The notes below the pieces were generated by a model that was not told the origin of the DNA, searched no databases, and worked only from the letters and a program-made list of their open reading frames with translations. A program made the position numbers and the translations under genes. A stretch of DNA of 64,000 bases from Octopus vulgaris (taxonomy: Eukaryota): assembly GCA_951406725.2 (NCBI GenBank), contig OX597815.1, positions 167,276,001 to 167,340,000 of the forward strand, in the 5' to 3' direction. Positions 54,070 to 64,000 of the stretch are shown piece by piece (the stretch's first letter is position 1; each line of letters opens with the position of its first letter).

Positions 54070-55244
54070 AGTCTGTATATATGTGTGTATATGTGTGTAT
54101 CAGCCGAAACGTTGTGTTAACAACAAAAAAGATGAGGACAAATATCCGTCGAATGTAAATAATGTAAATAATATTCATAAATATATTTACCTATGTAAGC
54201 ATATGCAACGGTTATACGTTCAAATGTACACGCATAAATACATCAAATTAATATGTATTGATACAAAGAACATATAGACATGCATGCCCAGAAACCCTCG
54301 TACACACATGCATATATATTTATGCAGATTTTATGTGTCTACAGTCAGTACTTAGAAGTTCGGCTATACATTAATACATTGTTTTAATGCCTGCGTGTGC
54401 ACACACACACACGCGCACGCACACGCGCGTGCACACATGCACACAAAAACACCCACACAGACACGCACACAGACACACACACATATATACAGACTTTCGC
54501 ACACACACACACACACACACACAGACACGCTCGCACTCGAGCACGCGAAAGAAAGAATCGCGGCGAGGAAAGAATAAGTTTCGAAAGCGCAGGTGTATTA
54601 TGTATGAATGTATGTATAAATGTATGTATGTATGTATGTATGAATGTATGTATGCATGTATGTATGTATGTATGTATGTATGTATGTATGTATGTATGTA
54701 TGTATGTATGAATGTATGTATGTATGTACCTATCTATCTATGTATATGCATACACACACAGATACATACACAAATACACATACATACACACACGTGTGTG
54801 TGTGTGTGTGTGTGTGTGTGCAAGTAAGAAGATATATATGTATGTATGGTTAGATGAATGGATGGACGGATGGATGGATGGATTGATCGATGGATGGATG
54901 GATGAATGGATGGATAAATAGACGAAGAGATTAATGGATAGTTATACAGATAAGTGTATACACATATATGTAAGTGGACCTGTGTTTATACTTATTGGCA
55001 GAATCTACTGCTGCTTCCGAGATTACCTAGACATTGAATAAATTAGTGATCGATAACATAGGTAGAAGAGTGTACGAAGAATTGGGCTGGATATGTTCTG
55101 CTAAAACCAATTATGTAAGCCATTAAACGAAAACCAATGCTCATAAGCACGTGTGTACATGTGTATATATCTTTGTAGTTTGGATATAAACATGGTATAT
55201 CATTTACATTTGAACCTTGGTGCTAATATTTTTTCCAGGTGCAA

Positions 55245-55416
55245 AGTCGACAGCTGGCCGCTACATTTTGTTGGTCTTTATGTTCTGAGCTCACAGTTCA
55301 TCAAGGTCGACTTTGCTTTCATCTTTTAGGATCGATAAAATAAGTACCAGTTGAACACCGAAATCGACTTAGCCCTCTCCTGAAATTGCCAGCTTTGTGT
55401 CAAAATTTGAAACCAA
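55245..55416 (+). mobile_element. SINE family A (diverged)
   Basis: Contains aggtcgactttgctttcatc..gataaaataagtaccagttga. Confidence 0.75.
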
Positions 55417-56457
55417 TATTTTTCCGGGTGTTTTTATTGTTATATTTGCTGTTGTTTATCTCAGATCAATTTTGAAGGATCAGTCAAAGACGTTTAAACT
55501 TTGATTCTCCATCTTTTTCTATATCTGAAACCATATGGTAAGTAGTTTTATGAAGTCAAGTGTGAGCTTGAGTAATGTTTGGCTGTCATTTCTAGCAGGT
55601 TGAGTGATTGGATTGGGGCTCACCTCTAGCTTTGTTGACATACGTTGTTTTTATTGTTGTTGCTGCTATTATTGATGTTTTTGTTTATTGTTGTTTTATG
55701 GCTGTTTTGTTCTTGTTGTCGCTTGTTTTTCTTTGGTCCTAAGTCAGATTTCCTCGAGCAACATGTGATCAAAGGTATTTCAGTCGTGTTGAACCTCTCT
55801 AATTAAATGTGTTGGAAATATCAGTCTGTTTACCCATCCAAAACATTAAATATATGTTATTAAATATTTACGATATCCTGAAGTATTTTCTTTTCGCAGA
55901 TTCCCGTCATCCCTTTGCATTTCAATTCACACGTTTCTTTTATAATTCACTTTATGACTTTCATCTTTTTATTCCAGTGAGATAGCTGTCTCTCATTTCA
56001 TCTCTTAAATTCCTTATTTCAATAGATACATGACAATCGCTTCATTTAGGCCGCTTCACTTTACTGCTAATGTAGATATATTACTATAGTTAACATGGTC
56101 CTATGAGTACCGTACAATAATCAAGTTTAGATCTCGGTGAGCTGAATCCACGACCTGGTTTTGATTCCCAAGTCAAATAATTGCTTTTCGGTTGTTGATA
56201 TTGTTGTTTTTGTTATTGTTCATATTGTTTGTTTAACAACAGGTTAGCTCTAGACGTTCCAACCAAGACTATTGCGCCTTCTTTTAAAAAAATTAAGTCA
56301 TGTTACTCTTGTCTACTTCGACAGTTCGGTCATACAATCACTGCGGCTTCCAAAGAAATAATCTTGTACTCCTTAGTAATAAACGTAGGCAACGAAAATT
56401 ATCAAAGACGCTAATAATGCGAGGCCTCATAATCACTAATTAACTCTCCAGAACCTA

Positions 56458-56807
56458 CAGAGGAGTTCTCAACCACTTTTTATCACTCTAGATTCCTTTG
56501 AATACTATTTTATTCTAGTGGACCCCTATCGCCATTTGATGTTTAAAAACTTGTTTTCTAGGAAATTCTTTCAAAATGCCTTTTGTTTTCCACATATTAA
56601 TTTGTGTAGGTTGGACTATGTAAAATGTTAAAGAATGGAATCTAGCTGTTTCTTGCAATACATACCAATATATACATCAACAGCAAAATTGTTTTTGATG
56701 CCCTTAAAATACTATTGTGGATCTCCAACTGATAATTTTTGTGTATGGATCCCAACAATCTTATATGGACTCTCAGGGGAAATTTGGACCTCGGTTGAGG
56801 ACCACTG
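56458..56807. mobile_element. hAT/Charlie-like MITE (decayed)
   Basis: Termini cagaggagttctcaacc and ggttgaggaccactg resemble CAGTGGTTCTCAACC TIRs, with internal tggacccc-like motifs. No clear TSD. Confidence 0.6.
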
Positions 56808-57306
56808 CTCTGCAAAAACTACACCGCAACGATGACCAGAAAATACTTATTTGCACAACTGTTAGGCCCCTATAAATCTCAAATGAGAGCAATAAAGTAT
56901 GCTCCTTCATTAACGAGTACGATGATGCTGCTAATAAAAATAGCCTAGCCGCGTATCCACGCATATCCACAAAAGCCTCTCCAAAAACTGATATGAAGGA
57001 GCTCACCAATATAGTTTAACATCAGCACTAGAGTCGTTCTGTATTCTCACTCCACCTTTTCTTGCATCCCTATCGTGGCATTTGTATCTCAGTTCTGCTC
57101 CACTTAATCATATCTCTCCCGGCTACTTCCCTTCTTCTTGCCACACATATCAAGTGTATCTCAGTATAAGCCCGTCCTAAATATCACACTCTCCGTGAAA
57201 GATATGAACAATGCAAAGTTGGTATTAAGATATATTGGTAAGAAATCATTATAATAATTATTATTTTGATGATTTGATTAAATAAGAAACCAGTATTATT
57301 ATATAA

Positions 57307-57672
57307 ACGAGCAAAACGCTCTCCGTCCAATGGACGGTGCTGTGTTGTCAAACATTTAAACCAAATTTTCTCAAAACAACTTGTCCGACCGTCGCATAGG
57401 CCTCCCTTTTGAGAAACACTGATTTAACCTAAATTTGAGACACCAGCAAAAGACGGATTTCGACTGATGTATTTGCGCGTACAAATGCACGTTCCCAAGG
57501 CTTTGTCGATCGCATTCTCACCTGGAATCGATTTTTGTAATTTTTCAAGACGTATACACGCCCTGATTCTGTCAGGTATCTACATATCAAATTTGAGTGC
57601 AATCGGATGGAGGATGCCCGAAATCCTAGAATACACACCCACAGACAGACAGAACGAAATTTATTTAATAGA
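57307..57672 (-). mobile_element. Non-autonomous Helitron-like element
   Basis: The minus strand starts TCTATTAAATAAAA..CTGTCTGTCTG and ends with the hairpin CCGTCCA-T-TGGACGG followed by ..GCTCG|T. A second copy is at 7.2-7.6 kb. Confidence 0.65.
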
Positions 57673-57745
57673 TGATGAGTGTGTGTGTGCGAGCGTGCGG
57701 CCAGAGGATATGGACAACCGTATCCAATATAAAATATCTTATAAA

Positions 57746-57945
57746 GGCGACGAGCTGGCAGAATAGGACAAAATGCTTATCAGCATTTCGTCCGTCTTTA
57801 CGTTCTGAGTTCAAATTCTGCTGAGGTCGACTTGACATTTCATCCTTTCGGGGTCGATAAAATAAGTACCACTTAAGGACTGGGATCGATATCATCGACT
57901 TACCCCCTGCCCCGAAGTTGCTGGTCTTGTACCGAAATTTGAGAT
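57746..57945 (+). mobile_element. SINE family A
   Basis: Contains ggcgacgagctggcagaa..gagttcaaattc..tttcatcctttcggggtcgataaaataagtacca. Confidence 0.85.
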
Positions 57946-57960
57946 CACTATAAAAGCTTT

Positions 57961-58263
57961 GGAGGTCCATGGTCAAGTGGATAGAGCAGTGGACTCGCAG
58001 TCGAGGGAACGCAAGTTCGAATCTCAGACCGAGCGATATGTGTGTTTATGAGCGAAACATCTAAGCTCCACGCGGCTCCGGAAAAAGGTACTGGCGAACT
58101 TCTTCTGACTCTTTCGCCACAACTTTCAGTCTTCCCTCTTGCATCTAACAGCTCACCTGCGATGGGCCGGCGTTCCGTCCAGGTGGGGAACCTACACGCC
58201 AATGAAACCGGGAAATCGGCCCTTATGAGCCAATCATGGCTCGAGAAGGAACAAACAACAACA
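57961..58263 (+). mobile_element. SINE family F, full length, (AAC)n tail
   Basis: A box tggtcaagtgg, B box agttcgaatctc, body cctgcgatgggccggcgttccgtccagg, and tail aaggaacaaacaacaac. Confidence 0.8.
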
Positions 58264-58449
58264 TAAAGGCTCTTATGTGTATTCAAAAAATTAAAGATAC
58301 ATTCATCAACAAACATTAACCGCCATCCTTGATGATGGTATACAATGGGCAAAGACAATTAATGTTCGATATTAATGATATCAAGACACAACAAAATAAT
58401 GTTAATTCACCAGAATTGAAAATATCATCATATGTCTCTTCTCAGAATA

Positions 58450-58781
58450 CTGAGACCCCCTTCGGTCATGACTGACCACGGGATTACACCTAGAAAGTTA
58501 CCCTCCTAGGCACAAGTCTGGGCAAGGTTGTTTATGGAAGACCAGCAGTCATCCATGTATAGCGGCCTCCCCTCTACACACCACCAATGTCATCCAAGAG
58601 AAAGGCAACGGCCGATACAGCTTGGCACTTGTGACATCGCATCTCATTTCTACAGCTGAGTGAACTGGAGCAACATGAAATAAAGTGTCTTGCTCAAGAG
58701 CACAACACGCAGCCCGGTCCGGGATTCGAACTCACAACCTCACGATCGTAAGCGCGACGTTCTAACCACAGAGCCATGCAT
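58450..58781 (-). mobile_element. SINE family B flanked by a probable TSD (tctcagaatact)
   Basis: A full-length copy; tctcagaatact occurs on both sides (58440-58451 and 58781-58792). Confidence 0.9.
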
Positions 58782-59295
58782 CTCAGAATACTAGGAATAA
58801 TGAAAACTGTAATACTGTTCTGGAAAAATGGAATTAAGTTGTTATGAAAAACGCTACCATGATTCAAATATTTAAAAAGGGATACAGGGAAAATGAAACT
58901 CATTAAAGATAATGTCAACAACTGCTTAATTATAATCATCAAACGGGAGCAGCAACTAAAAAGTATGAATGAAAATATGATTTAACTTGTCCGAAGAATC
59001 AGTTTTGTATTTTAAACAATTTTTGCAATAATTGAAAGGAAAACGAAAATATTTACCGCTGCTTCCTAAAACAGAATTTAAGAAAACATGTTAAGGATGT
59101 GGAGAGAAAACTTTTGTCATTATGTATGCTTGTGCATGTCTACATGTATGCATGTTTTTATGCATGTATATGTGTGAATGTGTGTGTGTGTGTATATATG
59201 TGTGAATGTGCGGCTGTGTGTGTATATATACACATATATGGGGGTGTGTGTAAGTATGTATGTATATATGTATGTCTCTTTACACTCTTTTTCAT

Positions 59296-59689
59296 TCTCT
59301 TTTATTTGTTTTAGTCATTTGGCTGCAGCCATGCTGGAGCACCGCCTTTGTCGAGCAAATCGACCCCAGGACGAATTTTTTGTAAGCCTACTACTTATTC
59401 TATCGGTCTTTTTTGCCGAACCGCTAAGTGACGGTGACTTAAACACACCAGCATCGGTTCTCAAGCTATGTTGGGGGGGGGGGGTCAAACACACATATAT
59501 ATATATATACATATACATATATACACGACGGGCTTCTTTCAGACTCCGTCTACCAAATCCAGTCACAAGGCTTTGGTCGGCCCGAGGCTATAGTAGAAGA
59601 CACTTGCCCAAGGTACCACGCAGTGGGACTGAACCCACAACCATTTGGTTGGTAAGCAAGTCACTTACCACACAGCTACTCCTGCGCCT
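59296..59689 (-). mobile_element. Intact composite SINE D/E with internal (TA)n
   Basis: Minus strand: tRNA-like head ggcgcaggagtagctgtgtgg..gggttcagtccc, then ccttgggcaagtgtctt, a microsatellite, and the tail gctccagcatggctgcagccaaatgact. Confidence 0.85.
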
Positions 59690-59739
59690 ATGTATGTATG
59701 TACTTATGTATGTATGTATGTATGTATGTATGTATGTAT

Positions 59740-59912
59740 GTGGCTCAGTGGGTAGATCTTCAGGCCTACAATCGTGAAGTTGCGAGTTCGATACCTGGAC
59801 CGGGCAGAGTGTTGTGTTCCTGAGCAAGACACTTTATTTCATGTAGCCTCCTCCAGTTCACTGAACTGTAGAAATGGTTTGCGATGTCACATGTGCCAAG
59901 CTGTATCGGCTT
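59740..59912 (+). mobile_element. SINE family B 5' part
   Basis: Contains tggctcagtggg..gagttcgatacc..tgagcaagacactttatttca. Confidence 0.75.
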
Positions 59913-60135
59913 GTATCTATCTCTTTCTCTGTTTTTCTCTCTTTCCCCCTCTCTCTCTTCCCTTCATTCTCATAATAAAAGCAAGGGAAAGAATCGTTAC
60001 ATTCGCTGTACGTTTTAGCGATTCAGTTTTGTGAAAGTTTAAAGAAAATCTTCTTGGAGTAGTTGCCGATAGAGATCCATCGCTAGTTTCTTGATTACGG
60101 ATTTTACCAGGGATATTAATCTTATACTTTTGAAA

Positions 60136-60193
<58 letters not shown>

Positions 60194-61421
60194 TGTTGTT
60201 GTTGTTGTTGATGATGTTATGTATACACACACACACTCACATACACGCACACTCATATATATATATGTATGTATATGAGAGGGTGATGAAATGGTGGAAA
60301 CGAATGAAGTGTTGCGAACGAAAAGGGGTTTCTATAAAGATCTAGTTCCTTTGCTGAACTTTTCAGCGAACGGTCCAGCACTTTATTCATGCAACCCCCT
60401 ACGACCGACTTTGCACTGATATCAAATATTTTAAATATACAAATTATCAGTTTCTAGTAAATATTTTAAAGCTTTGGCAGGATTATTTAAACAAGGAAAA
60501 GAATCAGGAAGAAAATATGCGACAGCTTCAACACATAGCGTATAACGTTTTTTTTTTCATCTGATACCAATGGAAACTAATCATACTTTGTCCAATATTA
60601 GTGTTACTCGTCATTACTTGTTTACAATTATAATGATTTCATAGTTGTTTTTGTGTCGTTTAGCTTGCATTTTTTTTATTTGTGGGTTGGTGGGGAACAG
60701 TTGAAATTTATACGTCTTTGTTTGCGATCAGAAATCTCAGATTGTTACGTCTTACTATACTGTGGTCCTGATAAATAGATTTTGTCTATGTTTCTTAACA
60801 ACTAAGTTTCGATAACTACTGGATATGCGTTATTTTATTTTATTTATATTATAATATTTTTCATGTAGTTTTTCTTTGTCATTTTTTTTTCAACCCAACA
60901 ACCCTCCAAATTTTTCGCTTCTACTGGGTGGAGTACTTTACCAAACATTTTTTTTTATGACACACAGGGTAGACGATGTTTACTATTGCAAATGGATAAA
61001 GCCCCAACATTTCCAACTCAGATACCCTGATGGTATTTAGATAGAATCCCAAACGGCCACCCATATAATTTACACATTGGATTGAATTGGTATAACAAAA
61101 CTACATTTAATGCTCTTTCCGATGCCAGATTGACATATATGCAGACGTTTATGGACAGCTCGTGAAAGGAAAGAAAACACAACAGATACGGAATACAGAA
61201 TATTTTATTTTGTTTCTTCAATAGTTACATTCTTGCTGAAAACCAGCCAATAGAATATTTCAGTCAATGTGTTATTAGTCTGTTTTTATATTTTCTTGTA
61301 TATGAACGTGTGTTTGTGTGTGTGTGAGTGTATACATATATGCATGTATGTATATAAGTAAGGTACGTGTATACATCCATATATGCTTGTATCTAGGAAT
61401 GGATAAATATATACGTATATC

Positions 61422-61453
<32 letters not shown>

Positions 61454-61459
61454 TGTATG

Positions 61460-61496
<37 letters not shown>

Positions 61497-61527
61497 ATCA
61501 AAATAAAAACATGATGCGAACGATTCA

Positions 61528-61605
61528 GCGGTACCTATGTTTCGGGCCTTTATTAGACAGATTTATAACAATGCATAATGTATGTCTGTGGCCTTCTTCA
61601 GCCGC
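61528..61605 (-). ncRNA. Type I hammerhead ribozyme (mirror copy)
   Basis: Reverse complement of 61735-61812. Confidence 0.8.
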
Positions 61606-61734
61606 GCACAGAAGAAAGAGATGGACGCTTCAATTCTATGCTGCTGCCGCATTATGTCGTACGCGAATGAGAGGATTTGCATCCCCAACCAAGAATTTTT
61701 GATGTAACACATGTCCTTGTGGAAGCTGTTGTGC

Positions 61735-61812
61735 GCGGCTGAAGAAGGCCACAGACATACATTATGCATTGTTATGAATCTGTCTAATAAAGGCCCGAAA
61801 CATAGGTACCGC
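61735..61812 (+). ncRNA. Type I hammerhead ribozyme
   Basis: GCGG-CTGAAGA-AGGCC..GGCCC-GAAAC-ATAG-GTA-CCGC, with predicted cleavage after 61808. Confidence 0.8.
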
Positions 61813-61914
61813 TGAATCCTTCGCATCATGTTTTTATTTTGATCAATTTACTCCACCACCTACACCACCAAACGGTATACACAGGTGCTTATAATTATCA
61901 AGTACTCACCCCGA

Positions 61915-61992
<78 letters not shown>

Positions 61993-61994
<2 letters not shown>

Positions 61995-62455
61995 GATAAA
62001 AATGGTAAGACAACAAAAGAATGAAAGAGACCTCGATATTATGTAAATAGAGGAATTTATCTGTAAATGTAATATGTGACAATTATTCGGTAGCCATGAT
62101 AAAACTCCGAGTTCGGATTTTTCATAGTATTTTTCCGATGGCCGGATAACTGAAGAGATGGCGGCGTGGATTTCCATCTCGGCATCCGAAACAAGAACGC
62201 AAAACATCCAGATAGACGATACAAAAAACACGGACGGGTCATTCGAAGCCTTTAATTTTCAGTCAAGAACCGGATCATCCTCGCAATTTCGGCTGATTAA
62301 TCTTGAGATTGCTCCAGTCTGGCCAGCCCCAAAGAAAAACTAAGCTAAGAGCATTAGATTCCTTGGAAAAAAAGCTTCGAATGTATACGAAACAAGGACG
62401 GAAAAACGGACGATGTTACACGAATATAAATACAAAAATAATACAAAACAACAAT
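61993..62455. mobile_element. Chimeric PLE-type termini: inverted tail, HHR 5' half (62145-62192), then a minus-strand relative of the 15-16 kb repeat
   Basis: GATAA-CTGAAGA-GATG..CATCC-GAAAC on the plus strand. The segment cagtcaagaaccggatcatc..gcaatttcggctgattaatcttgagattgctcc matches the reverse complement of 15.17-15.22 kb. Confidence 0.7.
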
Positions 62456-63121
62456 AATATATATATATATATATTGAAATATGTACACTCATAAGTATGT
62501 GTATATATGTGTGTGTATGTGTGTGTATAATAAATCGAATGCTTTACACCTGGTAGCTTGCTGGTAAAGCACTGTTACGTCCAGTGCTAGTTATGTATAC
62601 GGTAAATGAAAGACGGAAGATGGAATATACGAGAATTTTTATAATTAATCACGACACATCTAGCATCGATCCCTCACGGGTAGAACACTTAACAACTTGT
62701 TCAGGAGCATACAGCGGTGTAGATGTTTTCTCATGAATTGATAAATAGATACAACTCGTTAAAATAACAATTCTACAATGTATCTTCTCATTTCGTAGAA
62801 AGAAAGGCAACAAAACGAAGGAAATATTTTCATTTATATAGAAGATCAAAAATGAAAAAAATCACAGATGCAAAAATCAAACGAATGCGCCATACACGCA
62901 ATAACCGTTAACAGATATAGATGTGTAAACGCCCTCTCGCAAGTGACATGGCACGTGCGCACTCACTCAGACAAACATCCGCAAAAATGTAAGCATACGC
63001 ACACGTGTGGATTGGTGCACTCATGATCACAAAGCGAGTTAAATAGCTAGTGGTGTTTATAAGTATGGGAAGGTAAAAAATAAATTTAATTCATCCATAT
63101 CTTAAAGTAAACTGTTTTTCT

Positions 63122-63270
63122 TTCTTTTATTCCTTTGTTTCAGTCATTTGACTGTGGCCATGCTGGAGCACCGCCTTTAGTCGAGCAAATCGATCCCAGG
63201 ACTTATTCTTTGTAAGCCTAGTACTTATTCTATCGGGCTCTCTTGCTGAACCGCTAGCTGACGGGGACGT
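63122..63270 (-). mobile_element. SINE D/E 3' part
   Basis: Contains tgtttcagtcatttgactgtggccatgctggagcaccgcctttagtcgagc. Confidence 0.85.
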
Positions 63271-64000
63271 TGCATTATATAAAGAAATATAGATCCTATT
63301 TTGTTAGAAAAAATGCATAGTTTGAGAAAAGTAGTTTTGGTTTCCTTTAATAACAATATTCTTGAGCAAATATCGCAACCAATGTAGTGAGGCTGGCGTA
63401 TTTCCTGATTATAAATGGAGAAATTAATCTTTGGCATGGAATTTTCAATCTGTTTTGAATACGCGCCTGAATGAAAAGCTCATCAGAGATTGTGGATTCT
63501 AACAATTATATAAACTTTTTAGGAATTCATTAACGTTTTAATATCAATGAAGCAAATAATGAATAAGACCGTTTACCCAAAGCAAACTCAATAGTCAACG
63601 CAATTTCAGTCCGTGTTCAAAACCACAGTTTGTAATTTCCATTGTTAAAAAATATGGTACCATTGATAGGTCCGAAACCGTATGTCTAACGATACTAACT
63701 TGTTAAGAAGTTCAATAGACAAAGAATTGTCTCTAGTAGGAGAGTAAACGTATATATGTATAAGAATTGTATATTGAAACGTAAATAAATTATGTTATAT
63801 TTTCAGCTTTGCTAACGTGCGTATGTTGTTTATAGTGGATCAAAATAGTCTCATTATATCTACAAACATTTACGAAGTATTTTGTGACTTAACTGGCCGA
63901 AATTTCGAAGTCACTGTATAACATTATTGTTTAAGAATAATAATTATACACACACATACAGACAAATATATACGTATATATATATATATATATATATATA

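Larger units (their letters stand above)
61493..61920 (+). mobile_element. PLE-type terminus with ~118-bp inverted arms (61493-61610 / 61730-61847)
   Basis: Near-perfect reverse-complement arms, a ~70-bp 3' extension and (TA)n flanks. Confidence 0.85.

Noticed and set aside
63795-63827. Possible 14-nt micro-exon (ttttcag|ctttgctaacgtgc|gtatgt)
   Set aside because: Such splice-like pairs arise by chance in AT-rich DNA, and there is no supporting gene context.

Overview
This is very AT-rich, repeat-saturated eukaryotic intergenic or intronic DNA. The SINE families and the extreme (TA)n/(CA)n/(TACA)n/(GATA)n/(AAT)n content resemble an octopus (cephalopod) genome; that is an inference from recalled repeat sequences, not a database match. 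No host protein-coding gene, rRNA, functional tRNA or CRISPR array could be supported, and most supplied ORFs are microsatellite translations ([16 protein letters not shown], poly-N/I/L). Recognisable coding sequence is all transposon debris: Penelope-like (PLE) RT and GIY-YIG pieces, R4/Dong-like and other RLE non-LTR 3' ends, CR1- and RTE-type LINE pieces, a Gypsy integrase tail, Tc1/mariner/maT transposases and a Helitron helicase. There are also more than 20 tRNA-derived SINE copies. The main hidden signal is RNA-structural: about 15-19 type I minimal hammerhead ribozyme (HHR) motifs from many different PLE-type termini, mostly embedded in (TA)n and often in inverted duplications that put an HHR on both strands. 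One has a compensatory U3-A8 core. The most novel candidate is a tRNA-headed SINE at 53.8-54.2 kb with an HHR-bearing tail and a PLE-style inverted tail duplication, suggesting a SINE mobilised by Penelope-like machinery. All folds were paired by eye, no activity is demonstrated, and boundaries of decayed elements are approximate.
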